Origin: a virus
Direction: 5' to 3' (one strand)
IMG/VR virus record: IMGVR_UViG_3300010384_000006
DNA: 58,629 nt
This document shows, one piece after another, positions 1-8,035 of this stretch; position 1 is the stretch's first letter; the number at the start of each line of letters is the position of its first letter. Made by a program: the position numbers and the translations under genes. The notes beneath the pieces are model-generated. The model was not told where the DNA came from, made no database searches, and was given only the letters and a program-made list of their open reading frames with translations.

Positions 1-55
1 ATGACGCCGGGACCGGCAAGCATATCGACAACTTCGTGGCAGTAGACGGGGCGGC
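1..55. repeat. Terminal overlap copy A (exact duplicate of 58575-58629)
   Basis: atgacgccgggaccggcaagcatatcgacaacttcgtggcagtagacggggcggc occurs at both ends. It lies inside a CDS, so it is an assembly/circularisation overlap, not a biological terminal repeat. Confidence 0.95.
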
Positions 56-98
56 GGCGGTGACGATCCGGAGCAACGTGTTCGGGGTGATCGGATGA
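1..98 (+). CDS. 3' end of the wrap-around tail-fibre/lectin-like gene that begins at 58058 (stop TGA 96-98)
   Basis: The frame continues without a stop from 58058 across the junction. The stop overlaps the next start (ATGA at 95-98). Confidence 0.6.
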   Translation, partial: DAGTGKHIDNFVAVDGAAAVTIRSNVFGVIG

Positions 99-319
99 CG
101 CCTGCAACGATCGCCACTGAAGGCGGGCACACCTGGTGGTATTGCCCATCCTGCCACAAACGCCTCGCCGAGATCGTGGGCGATCGCGTCGTGATCCGGT
201 CGGGCAAGGAGGTTTGGGCAATGCCGGTGCGCAACGAGCCCGAGGTGACGTGCCCGCGTTGCCTGGCCACGAGTGTCCTGGACACCCGTACGATGCCAGC
301 GGAGCGAGAGGCCGCGTAG
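95..319 (+). CDS. Com-like zinc-ribbon protein (paralog 1 of 3)
   Basis: 74 aa with CPSC...CPRC cysteine pairs. About 64% identical over 36 aa to ORF 42063-42323. Confidence 0.6.
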   Translation: MTPATIATEGGHTWWYCPSCHKRLAEIVGDRVVIRSGKEVWAMPVRNEPEVTCPRCLATSVLDTRTMPAEREAA

Positions 320-388
320 GGCGTACAATGGACGCATAACCAAACAGGGCGATACACCACCCGCCCACCCCAACGCCGAGCGCTTGAC

Positions 389-440
389 GCCGTGGTGACC
401 CTCCCGAGCAGGGAGACGGTCCTACGGCGTTTTCTGTTGT
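389..440 (+). terminator. Putative intrinsic terminator after the tail/Com module
   Basis: Nested GC-rich stem (gccgt ... ctccc-gagca-gggag ... acggc) followed by gttttctgtt. Confidence 0.45.
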
Positions 441-554
441 CAGTGCTCGTCCGCTCTCCGGCCAGCGAGTGCCAGCAACCCCACAGAGCCGGAGCGTACA
501 GGTGGAGGCAGGACATGGCGAGCGCGATCAGACGATGGCCCCAGGAGGTGCCCG

Positions 555-812
555 GTGACGGGGTTGAGTCCTGCCGAGGCCATCCTGTTGCTCACCACCC
601 TCGGATCGCTGGTCCGCTGGTGGGTCGAGCGGAAGGACGCCCGCTCCGCCTTGTCCGAAGCGAAGAAGGCCGCCGAGAAAGCGGTCTCCACACTGACCAC
701 CACGATCGCGGAGAAGAACGAGGAACTGGAGGACCTGGAGGAGGACCGGGACTTCTGGCGATCTCGCGCCGAACACCTGGAGACACTGGTCTATGGGCGA
801 GGGGGCGACTGA
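555..812 (+). CDS. Membrane-anchored coiled-coil protein, first gene of the lysis cassette
   Basis: GTG start 6 nt after AGGAGG. N-terminal TM segment (AILLLTTLGSLVRWWV) followed by a charged coiled coil. Coupled (TGATG) to the next ORF. Confidence 0.6.
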   Translation: MTGLSPAEAILLLTTLGSLVRWWVERKDARSALSEAKKAAEKAVSTLTTTIAEKNEELEDLEEDRDFWRSRAEHLETLVYGRGGD

Positions 813-1027
813 TGTGGAGCAAGCTCCGTCATCTGCTCTGGCCGCCGAAGCCCCAGGCGGACGCCGCCTTCCTTGCCCGGATGCACGAGGCCCGCTCGTT
901 CGGCGTCACGCAGCGCAAGGCGAGCGTGGCATCCCGGCGGCGCATTCAGCGGGCGCGCAACCAGCGCCCCGCCCAGGGGCCGATCGAGACCGCGATCTTC
1001 CCGGTCTGCAAGGAGGATCGTCCATGA
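812..1027 (+). CDS. Hypothetical basic protein (lysis cassette)
   Basis: Internal ATG of track ORF 392-1027. Start overlaps the upstream stop and its stop overlaps the next start (ATGA). Confidence 0.4.
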   Translation: MWSKLRHLLWPPKPQADAAFLARMHEARSFGVTQRKASVASRRRIQRARNQRPAQGPIETAIFPVCKEDRP

Positions 1028-1458
1028 GGCCACGATATGCGATCCCGCTGATCGTCGCAGCCGTCCTCACGGTCTACCTGATCCTCTCGACGATCGAGGA
1101 GGAAACCAAGGAGCGATCCGATCCCTTTCTCCTGCTCTTCATCGGCCTGACGTTCACCGTCTGCATGGCGATCACGCTGCTCTACACCCACTCCTGGACG
1201 CTGCGCAGCGCCGGGATCCTGCTGACGATGGCCGGGGACGGGGTTCTCTATTCGTTCGCTGGCGGACGGCATTTCATCGCGGTCTCGCCAGGCACGATCG
1301 AGCACATCACCGATCTGGCCCGATCCTGCTTTTTCGCTGGCGCGCCACTCCTCCTTATTGGCCTGATTGCCTGGGTGTGGCGTGTCAGACAACCACCTCC
1401 GGAACCCCTCGCTGATCCCGTGCCGGAATCCATGAATGAGAGCGCAGGAGCGCCATGA
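1024..1458 (+). CDS. Four-TM membrane protein, candidate holin/antiholin
   Basis: Internal ATG (residue 78) of ORF 793-1458. Four hydrophobic segments. ATGA-coupled to the endolysin. Confidence 0.55.
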   Translation: MRPRYAIPLIVAAVLTVYLILSTIEEETKERSDPFLLLFIGLTFTVCMAITLLYTHSWTLRSAGILLTMAGDGVLYSFAGGRHFIAVSPGTIEHITDLARSCFFAGAPLLLIGLIAWVWRVRQPPPEPLADPVPESMNESAGAP

Positions 1459-2906
1459 GCACCACCAACTGGCGATCGCTGGGAGACACCACCCTCGCCG
1501 TCTACCGATCCGAGTTCGCCCGACGCAACTCGCCACTCCTCGCCGAGGTCGAGAGCATCTACAGCGCCGTCAAGGGCTACAGCCTCCTCTACCTGGCGCA
1601 AGTGGGCATGGAAAGCGAGTACGCCACCACCGGGTTCGCGGCGGGCACGCCTTCCGCGCACAACGCGCTCGGGACCAAGGTGCGCGGGCAGCCGCAGTAC
1701 CAGCGCTTTGCATCGTGGACCGACGGTGCCAAGGAGTGGCGCGCCCGAATCCTCGATCCCGGCTATGCCTACGCCAGGACCGTGACGCTGGCCGATTACA
1801 TCCACGTCTATGCCCCGATCAGCGACGGCAACGACGAGGCGGGGTACGTCGCCTTCATCCAAGCCTACCGGCAGCGATTCCCGGCGCCAGACACAGGAGA
1901 TACCACCATGCCCACAACCACACCAACGATCACCTTTGGCCGTGTTCCAGCGCCAAGGATCGTCAAGATCGACACGAGTCGCAAGCAGCCCGGTGCGGGC
2001 TGGGATAACCTCGGCCAACGCAAGCCCAAGTTCGTCGTCCTGCACCGCATGGTGGGGTCGCTCGCCGGGACCGATAGCTGGTTCGCCAACCCAACCGCCC
2101 CGGCGCTGACGGATTTCGGGATCGGGATCGCGGCAATGGATGGTAGCGCCAAGTCCGGCGAAATCCACCAGTACAACGACCCGCGGGGCACCCGCTCCGG
2201 ATGGGCGTCCGGTCCGTACAGCGGCGCCTATGGCGATGGCAAGGCCATCGTGGACAAGTACGGCATCAACGTCATCAACCGCGACGGCGAGTCGCTGGAG
2301 ATCAGCGGCAACTACGACACGCCGATCACCGACGCCGAAAAGCAGCGCATTGCTGAGTGGATCGCCTGGCGGTGGGACCTGATGCACATCCCGTACACGT
2401 CCGCGCCGATCAATCCCGAGACGGGGATCAGTGCCGTCATGTGGCACCAGGAATTCACCCTTGGGACGGGGAAGACGTGCCCCGGTCCGGTGGTGATGCA
2501 GGCGACCAATGACCTGATCGCCCGCGCGACGGCGATCCTCAAGCAGTACCAGACGAGCGGCGACGGGACGGGAGGCGATCCGGACCCGGAGACGCCGACC
2601 TACGCCATCCCGCAAATCCCGGGCTGGCTGCTGAGCTGGACGGGGGAGCCGGTGCTGCACGACATTCCCGGCGTCAAGGACGGGACGGTGTTTGCGACCA
2701 CGGCGCAGTACATCGCCAAGCGGGCGACACCGCGCCTCCAGTACGCCACGTCTGGCGCGCAGAAGGTGGGACCGGACATCGTGGCGGGCGAGCGCTTCCC
2801 GGTGGCCTTCATCTTCACCGCCGCGGACGGCAAGCAGTACGGCGTGACCAAGTATGGGACCAGGGTGCTGCTCGCTGATCTGGAGGTCGTGAGCGACGCC
2901 GCCTGA
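1455..2906 (+). CDS. Bifunctional endolysin (glucosaminidase-like N-domain + amidase_2/PGRP N-acetylmuramoyl-L-alanine amidase)
   Basis: 483 aa. Amidase_2-like motifs: KFVVLHRMVG...TDFGIG and HQEFT..GKTCPGP. The N-terminal region resembles a mannosyl-glycoprotein glucosaminidase. Confidence 0.8.
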   Translation: MSTTNWRSLGDTTLAVYRSEFARRNSPLLAEVESIYSAVKGYSLLYLAQVGMESEYATTGFAAGTPSAHNALGTKVRGQPQYQRFASWTDGAKEWRARILDPGYAYARTVTLADYIHVYAPISDGNDEAGYVAFIQAYRQRFPAPDTGDTTMPTTTPTITFGRVPAPRIVKIDTSRKQPGAGWDNLGQRKPKFVVLHRMVGSLAGTDSWFANPTAPALTDFGIGIAAMDGSAKSGEIHQYNDPRGTRSGWASGPYSGAYGDGKAIVDKYGINVINRDGESLEISGNYDTPITDAEKQRIAEWIAWRWDLMHIPYTSAPINPETGISAVMWHQEFTLGTGKTCPGPVVMQATNDLIARATAILKQYQTSGDGTGGDPDPETPTYAIPQIPGWLLSWTGEPVLHDIPGVKDGTVFATTAQYIAKRATPRLQYATSGAQKVGPDIVAGERFPVAFIFTAADGKQYGVTKYGTRVLLADLEVVSDAA

Positions 2907-2912
2907 CCTACG

Positions 2913-3068
2913 GGGCGGCAGGGGGCACTCCAGCCTGTCCGTTGCCGCCCAAAGGAGCGGCGTTAGCTAAGGGTGCTTAGCTTACGCCACTCGCCACGAC
3001 CGCTAAGCAAAGGAAACGCCGGTTTCCTTTGCTTAGTGCCGCAAAGTGAAATAGCGACCGGCGCTATT
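2913..3068 (+). promoter_or_regulatory. Four consecutive hairpins between endolysin and holin
   Basis: Stems at 2913-2950 (8 bp), 2965-2982 (7 bp), 3003-3036 (15 bp perfect, loop gccg) and 3050-3068 (7 bp). The GCTAAG/CTTAGC motif is reused four times. Confidence 0.5.
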
Positions 3069-3106
3069 GTCGAAATGGCCCGAAAAGTACAATAGGAGAC
3101 ACCACC

Positions 3107-3358
3107 GTGAACCCAACCCAAGTCACCGTCACACAGACCATCGCCAAGGCTGCCGCGAAAACGTTCCTGCAGGCCGCGCTCGCCATCCTCGTGCTGCTCG
3201 CCGTGCCCGAACTGACCGGGTGGGCCAAGGACATCCAGGATGGCGGCACGATCGACATTGATCTGCACTGGTGGGGCAACGTCCTCATTGCCGCACTCGG
3301 CGGCGGGATTGCGGCGCTGATCTCGATGGCCTGGAACTGGGCCAAGACGCCATCCTGA
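3107..3358 (+). CDS. Holin (phage r1t-holin-like)
   Basis: 83 aa. GTG start 7 nt after AGGAGA. Two TM segments, and the KTFLQAALAIL pattern is typical of r1t-type holins. Confidence 0.7.
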   Translation: MNPTQVTVTQTIAKAAAKTFLQAALAILVLLAVPELTGWAKDIQDGGTIDIDLHWWGNVLIAALGGGIAALISMAWNWAKTPS

Positions 3359-3385
3359 TCGCAAGATAGAAGAAGACATAAGAGC

Positions 3386-3408
3386 GCCCCGGTCGATATG
3401 GCCGGGGT
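3386..3408. terminator. Hairpin between convergent genes
   Basis: ccccgg-tcgatatgg-ccgggg stem-loop between the holin (+) and the 3418-3753 gene (-). No clear U-tract. Confidence 0.3.
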
Positions 3409-3417
3409 GTCTCGCTG

Positions 3418-3753
3418 CTAGAAATGCTCCCCATTCTCAACCCTCTTCAGGACTTCTAAGCGAGGGCAGTAGTAGGTGAAGGTGAGGTTTACCATCGAGC
3501 CGACTTTGAATGATCTGTCGGTGATGAAGATGAGGTTCTTGTCGGCGAGTTCTTGCATCGCAGCCTCGACAGCGGGGCCGTAGACGCGGGAAACCTGCGA
3601 CGTGATCTGGCTGTCACTGATCGTAGACGAATGGAAACCGTTGGCCCGGCAGAGATCGGCGACGAGGAGGTAAACCATTCTCACGTCGGGTGCAAGGGCA
3701 TCAACATCACGGTTGTATTCACGAGCCATTTCAAGATCGCGTTCTGTCATCAC
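3418..3753 (-). CDS. Hypothetical protein (lower-GC island)
   Basis: 111 aa ORF with GAGGAGG upstream. Last gene of a 3-gene minus-strand unit. Confidence 0.6.
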   Translation of the reverse strand: MMTERDLEMAREYNRDVDALAPDVRMVYLLVADLCRANGFHSSTISDSQITSQVSRVYGPAVEAAMQELADKNLIFITDRSFKVGSMVNLTFTYYCPRLEVLKRVENGEHF

Positions 3754-3834
3754 TCTTCATCCTCCTCATCATACCCCTGCGGCGGCCACGTCTCCGATCG
3801 CGCGACGACCAGCATGCGGAAGGGGGCTCACTAT

Positions 3835-4107
3835 CTACTCTGCTCCCTTCAGTTCTTGTTCGATTTCGTCGAGCTCCTTCTCGACCATCTCCACCCCTTT
3901 CGCGATCTGGGAGATGATGTGCTGTGCCTCTCCGTAGTCAGACTCCATCCGAATGATGATCTTGGTTTGGAGTTTGACCGCACTTATGAGCGCCCGGACT
4001 TCCGTAACCGTTAGCGGACGGGTGGTCGCGAGAGTTGTCAAACGCTTGTCGATCGTGCGAGCACGATCCCACGCCGTTGTAAGTCTCTGCTGGACTGTAT
4101 CCATCAT
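3835..4107 (-). CDS. Hypothetical coiled-coil protein
   Basis: 90 aa ORF with GGGAGG immediately upstream of tandem ATGs. Confidence 0.55.
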   Translation of the reverse strand: MMDTVQQRLTTAWDRARTIDKRLTTLATTRPLTVTEVRALISAVKLQTKIIIRMESDYGEAQHIISQIAKGVEMVEKELDEIEQELKGAE

Positions 4108-4177
4108 GCCTCCCGTTCAGCGTAGTTGGTCATGCGCTATCCTTCCTTCGTCCGACCCCGGCAAAGGGTCAGGCGTC

Positions 4178-4390
4178 TCAGACCGCCGTCTCGGAGTCAT
4201 CCGGGCGGCGGTTCTCTGTAGGGCGTGGCTCACGGAGACGCGCCGCCTCCTCATCGGTGATATAGACGCGCCGATCCCCGGCAAACTTCACCGGGACCAC
4301 GCCACTCCGCTTCAACCATCGCCAGACGGTCGAGTAGGCGACGCCCATGTCCTCGGCGAGCACCACGACCGCGATGTATCCCTCGCGCAC
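4178..4390 (-). CDS. HTH DNA-binding protein (excisionase/MerR-like HTH_17)
   Basis: Start moved to GTG at 4390, 7 nt after AAGGAGG. Motif GVAYSTVWRWLKRSGVVPVKFAGDRRVYI. Confidence 0.6.
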   Translation of the reverse strand: MREGYIAVVVLAEDMGVAYSTVWRWLKRSGVVPVKFAGDRRVYITDEEAARLREPRPTENRRPDDSETAV

Positions 4391-4447
4391 CGCGTCACCT
4401 CCTTTCTCTGCCAACTATACCAATGTCGAGCAATCTTGCCCATAGTA

Positions 4448-4476
4448 TTGCAATGTATTGCAGGGAGTGGTAAGAT
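4448..4476 (+). promoter_or_regulatory. Sigma70-like early promoter TTGCAA-N17-TAAGAT
   Basis: Read directly. It overlaps the tandem GTATTGCA repeats and the ATTGCAAT palindrome. A TGgTATAGT -10 on the opposite strand (4414-4419) faces the HTH gene. Confidence 0.45.
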
Positions 4477-4559
4477 GGTCACATCAGGAGATGAGACGCC
4501 TGACCGTTACCAGCGCCGAGGAGTTGCCGCTCCGAGGCAAGCCAGGAAGGACACCGGCC

Positions 4560-4832
4560 ATGACCCGCTACAGCACCCTCTCCACCGACGCGATCCGCAC
4601 CGCCCGCACCAAGCTCATCGCCGGTCTCGCCAATGTCCGGATCACGCCGGAGACCCGCATCCGCATGGAGGGCTGGGTCGCCGAAGCAGAGGCCGAGCTG
4701 GTGGCCCGCGCCGCCAGGGAGACCGAGGCCGCGACGATCCGGGAGCGATGGGGCGTGGATGTCGAGACCTACCGCCGGACGATCAAGCCCTACGAGCACA
4801 AGCTCCGGGCGGCGAACGGATGGATCGGCTAG
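4560..4832 (+). CDS. Hypothetical protein (alternative start 4491)
   Basis: In frame with ORF 4458-4832. 4458 lies upstream of the predicted promoter. ATG 4560 has AGGAAGGA 8 nt upstream. Confidence 0.4.
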   Translation: MTRYSTLSTDAIRTARTKLIAGLANVRITPETRIRMEGWVAEAEAELVARAARETEAATIRERWGVDVETYRRTIKPYEHKLRAANGWIG

Positions 4833-4872
4833 CAGGGAGTGGGGGCGGCAACGCCCCCATGGGGAGGGCACG

Positions 4873-5100
4873 ATGGCGAAGGTAGATCCGGGACCGGTCT
4901 ACGGATGGGATGGCGAGGAGATCGGGGGCTACTCCCTCACCCCGCACCGCCAGCGGCACGAGGGACGGCTGATCTGCTGGATCAATGTCCGCCGGGGTTT
5001 CAGTCGTCTCGATCTGGTCGGGACGTGCAATACGGAGGAGGAGGCGATCGCGATGGTGGAGGCGGCCTGGGATGCGCACTGCGAGCAAGTGGCGGCGTGA
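4873..5100 (+). CDS. Hypothetical protein
   Basis: Internal ATG (residue 81) of ORF 4633-5100. The downstream part is protein-like. Stop overlaps the next start. Confidence 0.5.
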   Translation: MAKVDPGPVYGWDGEEIGGYSLTPHRQRHEGRLICWINVRRGFSRLDLVGTCNTEEEAIAMVEAAWDAHCEQVAA

Positions 5101-5372
5101 TGGCCACAACCGTTGACGAGGCTTGGGGGGTGATTCACGACGCCGCCCGAGCCAAAGGCCAGGCGGTCGCCGATGCCGACACGGCGCGATTCTTCAAGCT
5201 GCTCCAGCGGCGGCTCGACAAGCGGGCCAAGGAATGGGGGCATGCATGGGTGACGGAAGGAGAGGCGATGTACTTGCGCTCCAATAACCTTCGGCAGCCG
5301 GGGCACACGATCTATCGGTACAGCACACCGAACGAGGATTTGAGCGACAAGGCCCAGGCGGCATATAGGTAG
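5100..5372 (+). CDS. Hypothetical protein
   Basis: Internal ATG (residue 88) of ORF 4839-5372, overlapping the upstream stop (TGATG). Confidence 0.5.
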   Translation: MATTVDEAWGVIHDAARAKGQAVADADTARFFKLLQRRLDKRAKEWGHAWVTEGEAMYLRSNNLRQPGHTIYRYSTPNEDLSDKAQAAYR

Positions 5373-5402
5373 AAGGGGTCTGACCCTCCCACAGGAGACA
5401 CG

Positions 5403-5702
5403 ATGACCATCATTGCGCAGGTCCAACACATCGATTTCGACAACCAGCCCACCAAGCCGGGCTACACCATCGACACGTTTCCCTGCGCCGAGTGTGGCGG
5501 TTCCATCTTTCCCGAGGATCGCTACTGCGGCACGTGCGGACACGCCATCTGCCCGACGTGCCACGGCTACGGCTACGTCTCTGACCTCATGGGTGGTGTG
5601 GACCAGTGCGACGCGTGCGAGTGGGGCACGGTCATCGAGCTGAGCGGCGAGGTTTCGCCCGAGACTCAGGCCGGTATCGACGCCGGCATCTTTCCATTCT
5701 GA
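5403..5702 (+). CDS. Cys-rich zinc-finger protein (DnaJ-type CxxCxGxG-like repeats)
   Basis: 99 aa with CAECGG, CGTCGH, CPTCHGYG and CDACEWG motifs. AGGAGA RBS. Confidence 0.6.
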   Translation: MTIIAQVQHIDFDNQPTKPGYTIDTFPCAECGGSIFPEDRYCGTCGHAICPTCHGYGYVSDLMGGVDQCDACEWGTVIELSGEVSPETQAGIDAGIFPF

Positions 5703-5746
5703 CATTCACGGGGCCGGGAGCACCGGCCCCAGCAAGGAGTACCATC

Positions 5747-6520
5747 ATGCGCAAGGTCTTCATCGTCACCGGCCCCAATGGTGAGGCCGAAGCCCCGATC
5801 CAGAGCCCATCGTTTCACCACGCGTCATTCGCCTATGACCTCGCCAGCATCGGCGAGTGGACGCCGACCATTGACCATCCGGAATGGACGCGAAGCATTC
5901 GCCGCGGCTACATCGTCCACGAGGAGCCGATGCGCTACGCATTTGAGGGCATGCGGATGTTCGCGGTGGAGTACCGCGACGCCGGAGGCGATCGTCCCTG
6001 CGGCACCTCGACGACTTGGCGCGGCTGGCCGTCGTTCGTCGTCGGTAGCCTCCGCATCCTTCGGGAGGTGGAGCTCCCGGATTTCTGGCAGGCAGCAGAG
6101 CGGATGGCGCGCTTCCTCCGCTCGTTCACCTGGCTCTCGGCGAGCGGTCCGATTGATCCGGCATGGCAGATGTTCGCGACCTACCGAGACGCAGGGGTCG
6201 GGATGGCAGATCACACCTATGAGGCGATGCGGGAGACGGTACTGACGGCCAACGCGCTCACGGGCTACGAGGCTGTGCGTGAGCTGCTGCTGTCCAATGC
6301 ACGCATCTGGGACCTGATCCCTCGTGACGCGCATGATGCAGAGGGCATCAAGACGGCGCTGGATCGGGACATCGAGCTGATGGCTCGATGCATCGTCCAG
6401 CATCCCGGTCGCCGGGTCCCGGCGCGCATCCACGCCGAGGATCGGCTGGCAGCGTGGGCAGCGGGGTATATCCCGGTCACGACGCTGGACGGGGTGCTCC
6501 GGGTAGCCCGGCACGCATGA
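5747..6520 (+). CDS. Hypothetical protein
   Basis: Internal ATG (residue 48) of ORF 5606-6520, preceded by AAGGAG. Confidence 0.55.
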   Translation: MRKVFIVTGPNGEAEAPIQSPSFHHASFAYDLASIGEWTPTIDHPEWTRSIRRGYIVHEEPMRYAFEGMRMFAVEYRDAGGDRPCGTSTTWRGWPSFVVGSLRILREVELPDFWQAAERMARFLRSFTWLSASGPIDPAWQMFATYRDAGVGMADHTYEAMRETVLTANALTGYEAVRELLLSNARIWDLIPRDAHDAEGIKTALDRDIELMARCIVQHPGRRVPARIHAEDRLAAWAAGYIPVTTLDGVLRVARHA

Positions 6521-6563
6521 GCATGACCGGGCCGTGTGCGACGGCCCGAAGGAGAGCAACGCA

Positions 6564-6920
6564 ATGGCAAACACCCGCGTCGTCCACGTCAACGATAACG
6601 TCCCTGGAGCAATTTACATCGGCCGTGCAGTTCCTCGGCGCGGCATCAAGACGAGCAAGTGGGCCAATCCGTTTCGCATCAGCGCCGACATGACCCGGTA
6701 TGAAGCGATCGAATGCTACGACGCGGAGATCACGGCAGGGTCAAGGGCGGGACTCCTTGCTGATCTCCCTGAGTTGCGCGGCAAGGCGCTCGCCTGCTGG
6801 TGCCGCCATGATGGCGAGGAACGGACAGTGGCGAATGCCTGCCATGGCGACGTGCTCGTAGAGATTCTGGAGACCTATACAGACGACGAGCTACAGGAAC
6901 TATCCACATGGAGACAGTGA
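6564..6920 (+). CDS. DUF4326-like protein
   Basis: SKWANPF...LACWC...CHGDVL pattern characteristic of DUF4326. GGAGAG RBS before ATG 6564. Confidence 0.6.
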   Translation: MANTRVVHVNDNVPGAIYIGRAVPRRGIKTSKWANPFRISADMTRYEAIECYDAEITAGSRAGLLADLPELRGKALACWCRHDGEERTVANACHGDVLVEILETYTDDELQELSTWRQ

Positions 6921-6922
6921 CC

Positions 6923-7279
6923 ATGACCACCACCGAACCCGTCACTGCGCACGACCTCGCCGAGGCGCTGCGCGAGGCGATCGACAACAATAACGCAATT
7001 ATCTGGATCGATGATGTCACGCCGGAATATGACTGGGAGGCTCCATCCCGATGGCAATCCCTGCTTGACCGCTTCGATGCGCAGGTGCGGGAGGCGGTGG
7101 AGTACAACCTGGCCCACACGAGGAGCCAACGCGACGGCTGGATGACCCTGGCCCGGAAGTGGCGGGCTACGAGCCATCCGGACCTTGACCCAGCCAGCCC
7201 GGTGGAAGACGCCCGTGCGTGCAACTGGCAGGCACTCCGGCTTCGGCGCGAGCTGCGACGCTTGGGAGGTAAGAAATGA
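6923..7279 (+). CDS. Hypothetical protein (alternative start 6908)
   Basis: In frame with ORF 6908-7279. GGAGA lies 8 nt before ATG 6923. Confidence 0.5.
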   Translation: MTTTEPVTAHDLAEALREAIDNNNAIIWIDDVTPEYDWEAPSRWQSLLDRFDAQVREAVEYNLAHTRSQRDGWMTLARKWRATSHPDLDPASPVEDARACNWQALRLRRELRRLGGKK

Positions 7280-7593
7280 CCGACATAGACGCCGCCCGCG
7301 AGCGCCGCGATCATGCTCTCATCGTCCTCTTTGCCATGCGCTACGCGATGGGTCGCCAGTCGGCCGGGGTCGGCATCGTGCGCGACTACATTGCCCGTCA
7401 TCTCGACGGGCTGACCGAGAACGAGCGGGAGGCGATGGCAACGGAGATCGACACCGCCGAACGGTTGATGCTTGACCGGATCGATGAGGGCGGCGTGATG
7501 GTGACGATGCCAACAGCGATCGGGAGCCCGATCGTCGATGCTCCAGGGTGGCTCGACTTGCGTGACCTGCTGAGGGGAGGGAGTGATGCCTGA
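7276..7593 (+). CDS. Hypothetical protein
   Basis: 105 aa ORF, ATGA-coupled to the upstream gene. Confidence 0.55.
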   Translation: MTDIDAARERRDHALIVLFAMRYAMGRQSAGVGIVRDYIARHLDGLTENEREAMATEIDTAERLMLDRIDEGGVMVTMPTAIGSPIVDAPGWLDLRDLLRGGSDA

Positions 7594-8035
7594 CCTCTGT
7601 GTGTTGGTGACCGGGACGAGACACGCCACGCCTGCCGACTGGCGCGATGCCGTCTACGGCGTTCTGTCGCTCCACCTCGCGCGCATCGGCGACGGGCACC
7701 TGCGTGTCATCCACGGCGCTGCTCGCGGGATCGATACGCTCGCCAACGAGTGGGTGCAGGTGCGGCAAGGCCGATGGCGCGTCTCCGCTGAGCGCTACCC
7801 GGCGGACTGGGACGCCCATGGGCGGGCCGCCGGGCCAATCCGCAACGCTGAGATGCGGGACTGCTTGGTGCGCATGCGCGACACCGGGTGGGACTGCTAC
7901 GTGCTCGCCTTCACAGACGACATAACAGCAAGCAAGGGAACGTCCGGGATGTGTCGGCTCGCCAGCGCGGCGGGATTGCCGGTCACCGTGTATGGGCGGG
8001 ATGGCAAGGGCAGGGCGTTTGGAGGTGGGCGGTGA
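7586..8035 (+). CDS. DUF2493 / SLOG-family protein
   Basis: VLVTGTR...HGAARGID..A..W...PADW..HGRAAGPIRN..M pattern. GGGGAGG RBS 5 nt upstream. Confidence 0.65.
   Translation: MPDLCVLVTGTRHATPADWRDAVYGVLSLHLARIGDGHLRVIHGAARGIDTLANEWVQVRQGRWRVSAERYPADWDAHGRAAGPIRNAEMRDCLVRMRDTGWDCYVLAFTDDITASKGTSGMCRLASAAGLPVTVYGRDGKGRAFGGGR

Noticed and set aside
392-811. N-terminal 140 codons of ORF 392-1027, and ORFs 440-703 and 528-776 on the minus strand
   Set aside because: They overlap the terminator/intergenic region and the better-supported 555-812 gene (which has an RBS and a TM + coiled-coil product). Their composition is not protein-like.
1248-2660. 470-aa minus-strand ORF
   Set aside because: It is antisense to the endolysin, which has clear amidase motifs. 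It is a shadow ORF of GC-rich coding DNA.
3088-3093. TACAAT box as a holin promoter -10
   Set aside because: It lies only 14 nt before the GTG start and overlaps the RBS region, leaving no room for a leader. It is probably fortuitous.
4458-4490. Track start of ORF 4458-4832
   Set aside because: It lies upstream of or within the predicted TTGCAA-N17-TAAGAT promoter, so a downstream start (4491 or 4560) is more likely.
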